Assembly (NCBI GenBank): GCA_963790985.1
Contig: CAWBQB010000003.1
Span: forward strand, 853,003 to 917,002
Direction of reading: 5' to 3'
Source of the DNA: Vulcanimicrobiota bacterium
Lineage (GTDB): Bacteria > Vulcanimicrobiota > Vulcanimicrobiia > Vulcanimicrobiales > Vulcanimicrobiaceae
Length of the DNA: 64,000 bases
Shown here: piece after piece, positions 1 through 9,383 of the stretch
Numbering within the stretch: position 1 is the stretch's first letter
Layout of the letters: each line of letters opens with the position of its first letter
The notes under the pieces: generated by a model
Databases searched by the model: none
What the model was told of the DNA's origin: nothing
Seen by the model: the letters and a program-made list of their open reading frames with translations, nothing else
Program-made: the position numbers and the translations under genes

Positions 1-1377
1 CACGAGCGGGTAGTTCGTTGCCTGCGAATCGTCGTCGCCGTAGAAGTTCGCCTGCGACACGCCGTTGAAGGCAACGCCCGTTACCTGGTACGTGCTGCCG
101 TGCGTGATCGTCGACGGCACCGAGGTGATCGCCGGCGCGATCGCACGATTGGGCCGCCCGCCCTGCGTGTAGACCTCGACGTCTCCCGAGCCGTCCGTTT
201 CGAGAACCTGGCCGTTCGGAAGGACGAGCAGGCGCACGTTGTACGAAGAGTCGTTCGCCGAGTTCGGCGGGCCCGAGATGCTCTTGAGCTTCTTGCCGTT
301 GTAGAGGAAGTAGGTTGCGGGCGGATTGTAGTCGCCGGGGCTCGCGACGGTCAGTACCTTGCCGTCGGTGAGCAGCGAGGCGGGGGCGTCGGCTTCATCG
401 AGCCCGCTGGGGAACGACGGGCCCTGCGTCCACGAGCCTGTCTTCTCGCTGTACGTTGCGGAAAAGCCGGTTGCGCCCGCGACCCAGACGGTGTCGTTGG
501 CGCGCATGGTTTGCGGCCCGATCTCGAGGGCCGAATCGGCAAGCCTCACCGGCACGGTGCCGGCGGTGGACCAGGTGTTGTTCGACGGATTGAACGCCTC
601 CGAATTCGGCTGGCTGATGACGTCTGCCGCGAGCACGTTGCCGTTGCGCAGCAGCGTCCAGCCCTCCTCGCTGTTATCGTCGGCTTTCCCGCTGCCGACT
701 TGAGTCCACGTTCCCGCCGATTCGTTGTACAGCGCCTGCAAGTTCGTGCAGCAGTTGCCGATCATGTAGGTGCCGTTCGCAAGGACGATGCTTTGCGCGT
801 CCCCGATACGGCTCCAGCCGCTCGGGCCGGTCACCGCGGTCCAACTGTTCGCTACGGGATCGTAGATCGCGCCCAGCGGCGTCTCGTCGCCGTTGCAGAA
901 GTTGTACTCGCCGCCGTTGATGATGAGCTTGCCGTCGGCGAGAACCGCCGACGCGAAGTAGAGCGGCCCGTAGTTCGACGGCATCGAGCCCGTCTTCGTC
1001 CACGTGCCGTTCACGTAGCTTCCGGTGTTGTCCGGAGCAAGCTTGTACCAGTTCGACGTGCAGTAGTCTTGGACCATGACCGTTCCGTCGGTCAGAAGCA
1101 GCTCGCTCCCGGCACCGTTCGTCCACGGTGCGGATTGCGTTACGGGCTGCCAGCCGGCGGCCAAGGCGTGCGCGCGATCCGCCGACGTCACGTTGTGACG
1201 GTGCTTGGGCGGGCGCGCGGGCGTGTGTTTGATGTGTTTGAACGCGACGAGTTCTCGCGCCGCCATCGAAGCCGAGCCGAGGCCGCTTGCGTTCGGCGTC
1301 GTGCCTCCGCCGGCACATCCGCTAAGCAAGGCAACCGCGATGAGAAGTGAGCCAACGGGACGGGGATTCCGCATCAT
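1..1377 (-). CDS. Secreted lipoprotein with Kelch/galactose-oxidase-like beta-propeller repeats (C-terminus runs off the window edge)
   Basis: Not in the supplied ORF track because it is open to the window edge. My reverse-strand translation from ATG 1377 (or 1374) gives MMRNPRPVGSLLIAVALLSGC, a signal peptide with an LSGC lipobox. Repeated blade motifs follow: NGTWTKTGSMP, ANSWTAVTGP, AGTWTQVGSG, NNTWSTAGTVP, TGSWTQGPSFP. AGGAG lies just upstream. The listed + ORF 100..1350 is an Arg-rich shadow. Confidence 0.7.
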   Translation of the reverse strand, partial: MMRNPRPVGSLLIAVALLSGCAGGGTTPNASGLGSASMAARELVAFKHIKHTPARPPKHRHNVTSADRAHALAAGWQPVTQSAPWTNGAGSELLLTDGTVMVQDYCTSNWYKLAPDNTGSYVNGTWTKTGSMPSNYGPLYFASAVLADGKLIINGGEYNFCNGDETPLGAIYDPVANSWTAVTGPSGWSRIGDAQSIVLANGTYMIGNCCTNLQALYNESAGTWTQVGSGKADDNSEEGWTLLRNGNVLAADVISQPNSEAFNPSNNTWSTAGTVPVRLADSALEIGPQTMRANDTVWVAGATGFSATYSEKTGSWTQGPSFPSGLDEADAPASLLTDGKVLTVASPGDYNPPATYFLYNGKKLKSISGPPNSANDSSYNVRLLVLPNGQVLETDGSGDVEVYTQGGRPNRAIAPAITSVPSTITHGSTYQVTGVAFNGVSQANFYGDDDSQATNYPLV

Positions 1378-1481
1378 AACTCCTAACGTGCAGATCGCTT
1401 TTAAGGTAACGCCTGTTTTCACCGCACGTGCGGTTTCCTGCCCATCGGCGGGAGGCTCACGAGCAGCGTCGCTGATGAAGG

Positions 1482-1502
1482 GGCGCGCGCCCGACGCGCG
1501 CC
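1482..1502 (-). terminator. GC-rich hairpin downstream of the HU gene (putative terminator)
   Basis: The minus strand reads GGCGCGCG-tcggg-CGCGCGCC (8-bp stem) starting a few nt after the HU stop codon. The following tract CCTTCATC is only weakly U-rich. Confidence 0.35.
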
Positions 1503-1507
1503 GCGAA

Positions 1508-1888
1508 TCAACGCCTCTTGCGGGTCGTGGTCTTTCTCGCGGCGGCCTTGCGAACTACGGCCTTCTTCGCGACCGTCTTCTTCTTGCGAGCCGCGCCGGC
1601 GCGCGCGCCGCGCTTGGCCATCACGGCCTCTTTGAGTGCCTTCGCCACCAAGAACTTGAAGACGCGCTTTGCCGGAACTTTGACCTGCTCTCCCGTCGCC
1701 GGATTGCGCGCCATGCGCGCGGCCCGGTCCCGCACTTTGAACTGGCCGAAGCCGGGGATTTTCACCGGTTCGCCTGCAGTCACAGCCGCCTGGATGTCTT
1801 CGAAGACGCCGTCAATGAGAAGAACGGCATCCTTGCGTGCTAGCTCGAGACGTTCCATCGCCGAGCGCACCAGATCTACTTTGTTCAT
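1508..1888 (-). CDS. hup: HU/IHF-family (DNABII) DNA-binding protein with Ala/Lys/Arg-rich C-terminal tail
   Basis: MNKVDLVRSAMERLEL...PGFGQFKVRDRAARMARNPATGEQVKVPAKRVFKF matches the DNABII fold, including the RNPxTGE arm. A roughly 55-aa AKKR low-complexity tail follows. ATG 1888 is preceded by AAAGGAA. The track start at 1984 is an upstream extension. Confidence 0.9.
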   Translation of the reverse strand: MNKVDLVRSAMERLELARKDAVLLIDGVFEDIQAAVTAGEPVKIPGFGQFKVRDRAARMARNPATGEQVKVPAKRVFKFLVAKALKEAVMAKRGARAGAARKKKTVAKKAVVRKAAARKTTTRKRR

Positions 1889-1983
1889 CGGTTCCTTTCG
1901 TGTGAAAAAGCAGCTTCGATTCGTGCGAAATCGCTTCGCGCTGCTTGCTACGAAATGAGGTTGGACTCCTTGTCGAAAAATCA

Positions 1984-3261
1984 ATGCCCGTGGCGGGTTT
2001 TTTGACGATTCAACCCGGGCCGCTATGCGGGCGCGCGAGCGTTCCGGGCGACAAGTCCATCTCGCACCGGGCGCTCATTGCCGGCGCCCGGTGCAGCGGA
2101 CCGTTTGCCGTGGCGAATCTCAACCCGGGGCGAGACGTTTGGGCGACGCGGGAAGCGCTGGCCGCGCTGGGCGTCGCGATCGAGACGGTCGAGGGTGACG
2201 TCGTCGTGCGCGGAGGCGCGTTGCGCGACCCCGCCGTTGCGCTGGACTGCATGAACTCGGGTTCGACCGCCCGCATGCTGCTCGGGGCGTGCGCCGGAGC
2301 AAACGTCCGCGCTCGGTTCGATGGTGACGCGTCGCTGCGCCGCCGCCCGCTCGAGCCCGTTGCAGCCCAGCTGCGGGCCTTCGGCGCTAACGTCGAGACC
2401 ACGCACGGGCGCTTGCCGCTGGAGTTGCGAGGGACGCCGGAGATTCAGACCCGCCGGTTCATTCTGCTCGCCCCCTCGGCGCAGGTGAAATCGGCACTGC
2501 TCTTTGCCGGGCTCTTTGCCGGCGTGCCCGTCACCATCGAAGGCGACCGCGGATCGCGCGACCACACCGAACGTCTTTTGCACTATCTTGGCGCCGATAT
2601 CGAGTGGAACGGGCGCTCGATCCGCCTCGGAGCGGCGAGGCCGGGCGGCCGCAGCGTCGAGGTCGCGGGCGATTTCTCGGCTGCCGCCTTCTTCATCACC
2701 GCCGCTGCAATCGTGCCGGGAAGCTCACTGACGGTTCGCAATACCGGCGTGAACCCGACCCGCACGGGGCTGCTCGACGCGCTGGCCCGGATGGGCGCCT
2801 CGGTGGAATTACGCAACGAACGCACGCTCTGCGGCGAGCCGGTCGCCGATATCGCGGTCGAGCACCGGCCGCTGACGGGCGCCGGCGTAGACTCGGCAAC
2901 CGCCCTGCGCGCGATAGACGAAATCCCGCTGCTTGCGGTCGCTGCAGCATTCGCGCGCGGCTCGACCCGCATTGAGGGCGTTGGCGACCTGCGCGTCAAG
3001 GAGTCGGACCGCATCGCGGCTATCCTCGCCCTTCTCGCAACGGCGGGAGTCGCTGCAGAAAGCGAAGGGTCCAGCCTGACGATCGCGGGCGGCACGCCCA
3101 CGCGCCCGCTCGGGAGAGTGGAGACGCACGGCGATCATCGCATCGCAATGGCCGCAGCCGTGCTGGGGCGCGCCATAGGCCCGTTGGAACTGGACGACGC
3201 CGAATGCGTCGAGGTGAGCTTCCCGGCGTTCCTGCGGTCGCTCGAGCGGCTACGCGGCTAG
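1984..3261 (+). CDS. aroA: 3-phosphoshikimate 1-carboxyvinyltransferase (EPSP synthase)
   Basis: Motifs PGDKSISHRALI, LDCMNSGSTARML and RVKESDRIAA are present and the length (about 425 aa) fits. The start is taken at the internal ATG 1984 (MPVAGF...). Confidence 0.9.
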   Translation: MPVAGFLTIQPGPLCGRASVPGDKSISHRALIAGARCSGPFAVANLNPGRDVWATREALAALGVAIETVEGDVVVRGGALRDPAVALDCMNSGSTARMLLGACAGANVRARFDGDASLRRRPLEPVAAQLRAFGANVETTHGRLPLELRGTPEIQTRRFILLAPSAQVKSALLFAGLFAGVPVTIEGDRGSRDHTERLLHYLGADIEWNGRSIRLGAARPGGRSVEVAGDFSAAAFFITAAAIVPGSSLTVRNTGVNPTRTGLLDALARMGASVELRNERTLCGEPVADIAVEHRPLTGAGVDSATALRAIDEIPLLAVAAAFARGSTRIEGVGDLRVKESDRIAAILALLATAGVAAESEGSSLTIAGGTPTRPLGRVETHGDHRIAMAAAVLGRAIGPLELDDAECVEVSFPAFLRSLERLRG

Positions 3262-3578
3262 GCGGCGGGCTCCGCGGACTTCGCCTCGGCGGTCTTGCTC
3301 TCAGCGGGCTTGCTTTCCGCGGGCTTGCTTTCCGCGGGCGCCGCGTCGGTCTTGGGTGCCGGTGCGTCGCTCTTTGCGGAACTGGCCGTACCCTTGGCGG
3401 CTTTTCGCGAGTCGGTTACGTAGAAGCCCGATCCTTTGAAAAGGACGGGCGCGGCGTTAAACACCCGCCGGAGCGGCGCACCGCAAGATACGCACGGCTC
3501 GCCGTGGCTCTCGTCGAACCCGTGTCGAACCTCTTGGACGCGGCCGCATTTCGTGCACGCGTAGTCGTAGAGCGGCAT
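3258..3578 (-). CDS. FmdB-family CxxC zinc-ribbon putative regulatory protein with repetitive acidic/Lys tail
   Basis: MPLYDYACTKCG...GEPCVSCG is the two-CxxC FmdB signature. The C-terminal AESKP x3 repeat is encoded by a 15-nt tandem DNA repeat around 3300-3345. Confidence 0.8.
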   Translation of the reverse strand: MPLYDYACTKCGRVQEVRHGFDESHGEPCVSCGAPLRRVFNAAPVLFKGSGFYVTDSRKAAKGTASSAKSDAPAPKTDAAPAESKPAESKPAESKTAEAKSAEPAA

Positions 3579-3637
3579 GGGCCAAAGTATACCCGCCTTA
3601 GCACTCTAGGTCAATGACTGCTAGCTTGGGCGGCGGC

Positions 3638-4141
3638 TTAGAAGTCGGCGAGGACCTCGGCGTCCCGCTTGTACTCGACGAGGCCCTTGAAGTGGACGAG
3701 CGACTCGTCGAGGGCGCTCGCGACGCGGCGGCCGGTGCGCCACCGGTCCAGCATGCTGCCGATGCGCCCGTGGTAGGCGGGATAGGTCAGCAGGACGTGA
3801 AGCTTCGAGCACGCGCTGCGTTGTTCGATGCGAAAGTCGAGCCGCCGGCGCACCGAGTACGCCCCCACGAGCGACAGCCGGTAGTTGGCGATGTAGCCGT
3901 CTATCTCGTAGATCTCTTCTTCTTCGCCCGGAAGCGAGGAGCGGATGATAACCTCGCTGCCGAGGCTGGGCCACGCCTCGCCGTCGACCCGCCGCGCGCT
4001 GCGTAGAAACGACAGCCAAACCGGCCACTTCTCGACGGCGCAGAGGAGCGCGAACGCATCCTCCGCCGACGACGCGACGTCCAAGCTCGCAGCGTGCGAA
4101 CACAGCCCTACCGGAAGAAATGCTCCGTTCGCCGGGATCAT
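3638..4141 (-). CDS. SRPBCC (START/polyketide-cyclase-like) family protein
   Basis: 167 aa with the pattern ...VEKWPVWLSFL...YEIDGYIANYRLSLVG... typical of SRPBCC ligand-binding folds. It has an ATGA overlap with the upstream gene. The family assignment is moderate. Confidence 0.6.
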   Translation of the reverse strand: MIPANGAFLPVGLCSHAASLDVASSAEDAFALLCAVEKWPVWLSFLRSARRVDGEAWPSLGSEVIIRSSLPGEEEEIYEIDGYIANYRLSLVGAYSVRRRLDFRIEQRSACSKLHVLLTYPAYHGRIGSMLDRWRTGRRVASALDESLVHFKGLVEYKRDAEVLADF

Positions 4142-5352
4142 AACCGCGGTAGGTTCCGCTGTGAAAGAGAGGCGTCCTCCGCCGGAACCTCGCCCCCGCA
4201 GACCCCGGCGGCAAAGAGTGCGAGCGTCGCGACGCCGACCGGCAGCGCCGACTCGTCCATCGTGAAGAGGGCGCTGTGAGCGGGATGAATCGCGCCGGCG
4301 GCTTCGTTACGAATGCCCAGGCGCACGAGCAGGCCCGGCACGCGTTGCGCGAAGTATGCGAAATCCTCGCCGCCCATGGTAGGAAGCGGACGCACGACGG
4401 GAAACGGCGCGTGCGCCTTCACGTAGCGCGCGAAATCGTCGGCGAGCGCGGCGTCGTTGACCACCGGAGGGTATCCGCGCACGACGTCCACCTCGGCGCT
4501 GGCGCCGTACGCGCCGGCGACGCCGGACGCGATGCGCCGCACGCGGTGCTCGAGGGCGTCGCGAACTGCCGGGTCGTGGGCGCGCAGGGTGCCGCTCAAA
4601 CGCACTTCGTCGGCGATCACGTTGTTGCGATAGCCGCCCGCGATGGTGCCGATCGTGACGACGGCGCTCGCCAGCGGGTCGGTTTCCCGCGCGACGATGT
4701 TTTGCAGCGCGAGCACGATCGCGGCGGTCGCGGGAATCGCGTCCACGGCCGCGTGCGGGTAGCCGCCGTGTCCGCCGGTTCCGCGTACGGTCACGTAGAG
4801 CTCGTCGGCCGACGCGTTGACCGGGCCCGGCGTAATGCCGATCGTGCCTGAGTCGAGGCGCGAATCCACGTGCAGCATCGCGATGGCGTCCACTCTCGGA
4901 TCGTCGAGCGCACCCTGCGCGATCATCGGCTCGGCACCGCCGGGGCCTTCCTCGGCCGGTTGGAAGATCAGCACGACCGCGCCCTGCAGCTCGGCGCGCC
5001 GGGCAGCGAGCAGCCGCGCCGCCCCTAAGAGCATCGCGGTGTGCGCGTCGTGCCCGCACGCGTGCATGCGGCCTTCGACCTCCGACGCAAACGGCAGGCC
5101 CGTGCGTTCGGCGATCGGCAGCGCATCCATGTCCGCGCGCAACGCCGCGACGCGCCCGGGTCTCGCGCCGCGCACCGTGGCGACGATCCCGGTGCCGGCC
5201 GCCCTGCGGTGCTCGATGCCCAGCGCGTCGAGCTCGCGCTCGACCAGCGCCGCCGTTTCGTGCTCCTCAAATCCAAGCTCCGGACGGCGATGGATCGCGC
5301 GGCGCAGCTCGACCACTCGTTGGGTCAGCGCGTCGTCCATGTCGAGAGCCAT
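4138..5352 (-). CDS. M20-family amidohydrolase (N-acyl-L-amino acid amidohydrolase / hippurate hydrolase-like)
   Basis: LRRAIHRRPELGFEEHETA, MHACGHDAHTAMLLGAA and GGEDFAYF motifs are present. The start is chosen at MALDMDD (5352). The upstream part of the track ORF is Arg-rich. Confidence 0.85.
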   Translation of the reverse strand: MALDMDDALTQRVVELRRAIHRRPELGFEEHETAALVERELDALGIEHRRAAGTGIVATVRGARPGRVAALRADMDALPIAERTGLPFASEVEGRMHACGHDAHTAMLLGAARLLAARRAELQGAVVLIFQPAEEGPGGAEPMIAQGALDDPRVDAIAMLHVDSRLDSGTIGITPGPVNASADELYVTVRGTGGHGGYPHAAVDAIPATAAIVLALQNIVARETDPLASAVVTIGTIAGGYRNNVIADEVRLSGTLRAHDPAVRDALEHRVRRIASGVAGAYGASAEVDVVRGYPPVVNDAALADDFARYVKAHAPFPVVRPLPTMGGEDFAYFAQRVPGLLVRLGIRNEAAGAIHPAHSALFTMDESALPVGVATLALFAAGVCGGEVPAEDASLSQRNLPRL

Positions 5353-5410
5353 GAGCCGGGAGTTACCGGACCGGTCTTTTCCTTCCCGCCGCCGAACCAG
5401 GACCGCCGCG

Positions 5411-6184
5411 ATGATGACCGCCGACCTCGCCTTCGCGATCCTGATCAACCGCACGAGCGCCTTCTACGAGGCGAATCCCCCGGCGTACATGACCTACCTC
5501 GAGCACACCCACGTCAACGCTCCCACGCTCGGGCGCACGCAGGACATCGACCGCTCCATCGCCGTCCGGGTCGCCGACGACCTCGCCGTCATGCAGGACC
5601 TTCCCAACGGCGCCTCCCGCCTCGGCCAGGCCTTCCCGGTCGTCGCGTACTTCGATCCGCTTTCCAGCTTTCAGTTCAGCTACTTCGCCAACCTCAAGCG
5701 CGTCGACATCACGCTGCAGCGCGGCGCGCCGCTTCGGCTGGCGATTCCCGACGAGGATCCCAGCGTCAACGTCGTCGTGCCGTACAACAGCTACTGGGCG
5801 ACGCGCTACGCACCCGACTCGACCGATGCCGCGTTGCACCTGCTCGTCGACCCGACGCCGCGCGTCCGCAACGGCTTCTACCCGTCGGAGGTCGTCGAGG
5901 ATCCCGCAACGCACCTGCCCTCGCACATCGAGATGCGCGTCTCCGGCGGCGACGACGAGAGCATCGCCTTCGATTACAAAGTGATAGACGGCCACTGGGT
6001 GATCGTGCACGGCCGCTTCAGCGCGACCCAGCACGCGGCGTTTCTCACCTTCAAAGTCATCGCCGACGTAACGTTCGAGAACATCGCCTTTCCCTCGGAG
6101 CCGCCCGATCCTCGGCTCGCGGGCGCGGCGCCCGGCGCGACGGTTACGCCGTCGGCACCGCCTCGAGCGCGCCCCGCTCCGTAG
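5411..6184 (+). CDS. Hypothetical protein
   Basis: Good GC3 and non-shadow composition from MMTADLAFAIL onward. The first 200 aa of track ORF 4817..6184 are antisense to the amidohydrolase. An alternative in-frame ATG lies at 5351. No family is recognised. Confidence 0.55.
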   Translation: MMTADLAFAILINRTSAFYEANPPAYMTYLEHTHVNAPTLGRTQDIDRSIAVRVADDLAVMQDLPNGASRLGQAFPVVAYFDPLSSFQFSYFANLKRVDITLQRGAPLRLAIPDEDPSVNVVVPYNSYWATRYAPDSTDAALHLLVDPTPRVRNGFYPSEVVEDPATHLPSHIEMRVSGGDDESIAFDYKVIDGHWVIVHGRFSATQHAAFLTFKVIADVTFENIAFPSEPPDPRLAGAAPGATVTPSAPPRARPAP

Positions 6185-9100
6185 ACGGCGCGCCGCCGCG
6201 CACCGGGCGGTCCTTGGGCGCCAACCAGACGTACACGTTGGGGATGAGCAGCAGCGTGAGAACCAGCGAGCTCAACACCCCGCCGATCACCACGATGCCC
6301 AGGCTCGAGCGCGGCGCCGAACCGGGATCGAAGGCAAGCGCCAGCGGAACGTTTCCGGCAACCACCGAGAAGCTCGTCATGATGATCGGGCGGAACCGGG
6401 TGTAGGCGCTCTGGCGTATCGCCGAGAGTTTGTCGAAGCCGCGCGCGCGCAGCGTGTTTGCGTAGTCCACCAGCAGGATGCCGTTCTTGGCGGCTATCCC
6501 GATGAGCAATATCATCCCGATCAGCGAGAAGAGGTTGAGCGTGCGGTGCGTGAGGACCAACGCGCCGACCGCTCCGAAGGCGGCCACCGGCACCGACAAG
6601 ATGATGATGAACGGCGAGATATAGCTGTTGTAGAGCGCGACCATCAGCAGGTAGACCAAGACGATCGAAACGATCATCGCCAACCCCATGCCGACGAGCG
6701 TTTGGTGCATGAAGTCTTGCTGGCCGAGCGGCGCCGGGCGCACGACGATGTTCGGCGGCAGATGCAGCGACGGCAGGCGCTTGAGCAGCCCGCGCTCCAC
6801 CGCCGACAGCGAGGAGTTCGGCGCGTAGTTGGCCTCAACGTGGATGACGTTGTTGCGGTCGCTGCGGGTGATCAACGGCGCCGTCGGCGTGGAAACGAAC
6901 CGCGCGATGTCGCCCAGATAGACGATGCCGCCGCTCGAGGAGCGCACCGCGACGCTCTTGAGCACGTCGAGGTTCGTCTGGTACGACTGCGGATAGATGA
7001 CCTGCACCTGCTCCAGGCCCGACGTCGTCTCGAACTGCGTGGCGACGTTCCCGCCGAACGCCGCACCGGCCGCCTGCGCGGCCTGCCCCACGTCAACGCC
7101 CAGCGCTTGCGCTTTGTCCCGGTCGAACTCGATGGAGATTTCCGGCGCCAGCTGCGTGCCGGTGCTGTTGACGCTCGTCGCTCCGGGAACCGTCTGCAGC
7201 AAGCGGTAGACCTGCAGCGCGTACGGCGTGGGGTCCCCGCGCGTCACGTCGGTGACGAGGAAGTCAATGGGCTGCGAGTTGCCGCCGCCGCTTGCCGTCG
7301 CCGGCACCACGACCGCCTGCACGCCGCTGGGCAGGCTCTCCGCGACGATCTTTCGCAGCTGCGCGACCCAGTACGACGTCGGATGCTTGCGATCGTCCTT
7401 CAGCCACAAATGCACCTGGCCGACGTTGCTCTGGCTGACGAAGCCGCCGAACGGAGCGGCGTAGGCGCCCGCCACGGCGGTGTTGGCAAACGTGTCGGAC
7501 GTGCCGAGAATCCGCTGCTCGAGCGCGAACGTGCCCTTCTGCACCGTCGAGATCGGCGTGCCCAACGGGTAGACGAGCTGGATAAAGATCTCGCCGCGAT
7601 CCACGGGCGGGATGAACTCCTCGCCGACGACGCCGAAGCCGACCAGCGCGAGCGCGAAGACCAGCGTTGCGGCGCAAAACAGCGCTACCGCCTTGCCGCG
7701 CTGCAGGCTCCACGGCAGAACGCGCGAGGCGTACCATGTCCGCGCGTCGTCGAACACGCGCCCGAACCGCTCGACGAGCGGCCAGGGTTTCCAGTGCGAG
7801 CGCAGCGCCCAGAGCCCCGCCAAGGTGGGCGTCACCGTGAACGAGACGAAGAGCGAGGTCAGCGTCGAGATCACGACGACGATGGCAAACTCGGCGATCT
7901 GGCGGCCGACTTGCCCGCCGATGAAGGCGATCGGAAAGAAGACGACCACGTCCACGAGGGTGATCACGACCGCTGCGGCGCCGATCTCTTCCCGGCCGCG
8001 GACGGCCGCCTCTTTGGGCGGCTCGCGCAGCTCGGCGAAATGGCGCTCGATGTTTTCCAAGACGACGGTCGAGTCGTCCACGAGAATCCCGATCACCAGC
8101 GACATGCCGAGCAGCGAGATCGTGTCTACCGTGAGGTGCGTCAGCTTCATGACCGTCATCGCAATCGCAAGCGACGTCGGAATCGAGATGCAGACGACGA
8201 TCGCGCTGCGCCAGGAGCGCAGAAAGAAGATCATCGCGACGGCGGTAAGCAGGATCGCGGCCGCGAGCGTGCCGGTGACCGCCCGGATCTGCTGCTGCGT
8301 AAACTTCGACTGGACGTTGATGACGCGGAAGCTGATCTCGGGGAACTGGCGCTCGATGCCCGGCAACGCGCGCAGGACGTTGTTTGCGGCGTCCACCTCG
8401 CTGCCGTTCGAGGACTTCTGCACCTGCAGGAAGAGCCCGGGCCGGCCGCTGATGTGCGCGTACTGCAATCGCGGCTCGTAGCCTTCGGTCACCGTGGCGA
8501 CGTCGCCGACGCGCACGACGGCGTTGCTGGCGCTCCACGGATTGATCGCGCCTGCGAGCGACGCCATGCCGCCCTGATAGCTGCGCACCTGGCCGCCGGT
8601 CGAGTTGGCGAGTGCCGACGCCACGCTGCCGCCGGCCGGTATGATTGCAAGGTTGCGCACGGCATCGAGGCTCTGGATGTCCCCGCGCACGTCAATGGTC
8701 GTCTGGCGGTTGGGCTCGTAGGCGAAACCGCCGGGCACGCGTTGATTGTTTGCCTGCAGGGTCGCGATGACGTCGTCGAGCGTGAGGTTGGCTGCGGCAA
8801 GCCGCACCGGGTCCACGACGACCTCGTATGCGGGCGTCACCAGACCGCCGACGTTGGCAAACGATATCCCGGGGACTTGCTCGAGTTGGGGCGCGATGAC
8901 GTTGACGGCGTAGAGCGCAAGGCGCGAGAGCGAGAGCTTATCCGAATAAATCGCGAGCGTGACGACGACCGACTGCGCCGGGTCGTAGAGATTGACCGTC
9001 GGCGGCGTGAGGTTCGTCGGAAGGTAGCGTTCCGCGGCCTGGATGGCTTTATTCGTGAGCGCGAGATCGGTCGCGGAGTCGGAATTGATGTCGAAGATCC

Positions 9101-9383
9101 CGGTGATGGACGCCTGGCCCTGCTGCACGACCGAGTTGAACGTCTGCAGATCGGCGGTCCCCGCGAGGCTCTGCTCGATGGGCTGCACGATGTTGTCGCG
9201 CATCTCGGTCACCGAGGCGCCGTTGTACCCGACGGATATCGTGACGGTCGGCTGGCTCACGTCGGGGTAGAGCTGCTTAACGATCGTCGCCGTCGAGAGG
9301 ATGCCGGCAAACGTCATGAGCGCGATGATCACGAAGACGAGCGTCGGCCGCTCGATGAAGAGCCGGGTGAGGCTGAACTTCAC
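6144..9383 (-). CDS. RND efflux transporter, AcrB/HAE family inner-membrane permease
   Basis: 1079 aa starting MKFSLTRLFIERPTLVFVI. It shows the 12-TM/2-large-loop RND pattern, with typical motifs around ...ISLLGMSLVIGILVDDSTVVLENI... Confidence 0.92.
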   Translation of the reverse strand: MKFSLTRLFIERPTLVFVIIALMTFAGILSTATIVKQLYPDVSQPTVTISVGYNGASVTEMRDNIVQPIEQSLAGTADLQTFNSVVQQGQASITGIFDINSDSATDLALTNKAIQAAERYLPTNLTPPTVNLYDPAQSVVVTLAIYSDKLSLSRLALYAVNVIAPQLEQVPGISFANVGGLVTPAYEVVVDPVRLAAANLTLDDVIATLQANNQRVPGGFAYEPNRQTTIDVRGDIQSLDAVRNLAIIPAGGSVASALANSTGGQVRSYQGGMASLAGAINPWSASNAVVRVGDVATVTEGYEPRLQYAHISGRPGLFLQVQKSSNGSEVDAANNVLRALPGIERQFPEISFRVINVQSKFTQQQIRAVTGTLAAAILLTAVAMIFFLRSWRSAIVVCISIPTSLAIAMTVMKLTHLTVDTISLLGMSLVIGILVDDSTVVLENIERHFAELREPPKEAAVRGREEIGAAAVVITLVDVVVFFPIAFIGGQVGRQIAEFAIVVVISTLTSLFVSFTVTPTLAGLWALRSHWKPWPLVERFGRVFDDARTWYASRVLPWSLQRGKAVALFCAATLVFALALVGFGVVGEEFIPPVDRGEIFIQLVYPLGTPISTVQKGTFALEQRILGTSDTFANTAVAGAYAAPFGGFVSQSNVGQVHLWLKDDRKHPTSYWVAQLRKIVAESLPSGVQAVVVPATASGGGNSQPIDFLVTDVTRGDPTPYALQVYRLLQTVPGATSVNSTGTQLAPEISIEFDRDKAQALGVDVGQAAQAAGAAFGGNVATQFETTSGLEQVQVIYPQSYQTNLDVLKSVAVRSSSGGIVYLGDIARFVSTPTAPLITRSDRNNVIHVEANYAPNSSLSAVERGLLKRLPSLHLPPNIVVRPAPLGQQDFMHQTLVGMGLAMIVSIVLVYLLMVALYNSYISPFIIILSVPVAAFGAVGALVLTHRTLNLFSLIGMILLIGIAAKNGILLVDYANTLRARGFDKLSAIRQSAYTRFRPIIMTSFSVVAGNVPLALAFDPGSAPRSSLGIVVIGGVLSSLVLTLLLIPNVYVWLAPKDRPVRGGAPSTERGALEAVPTA

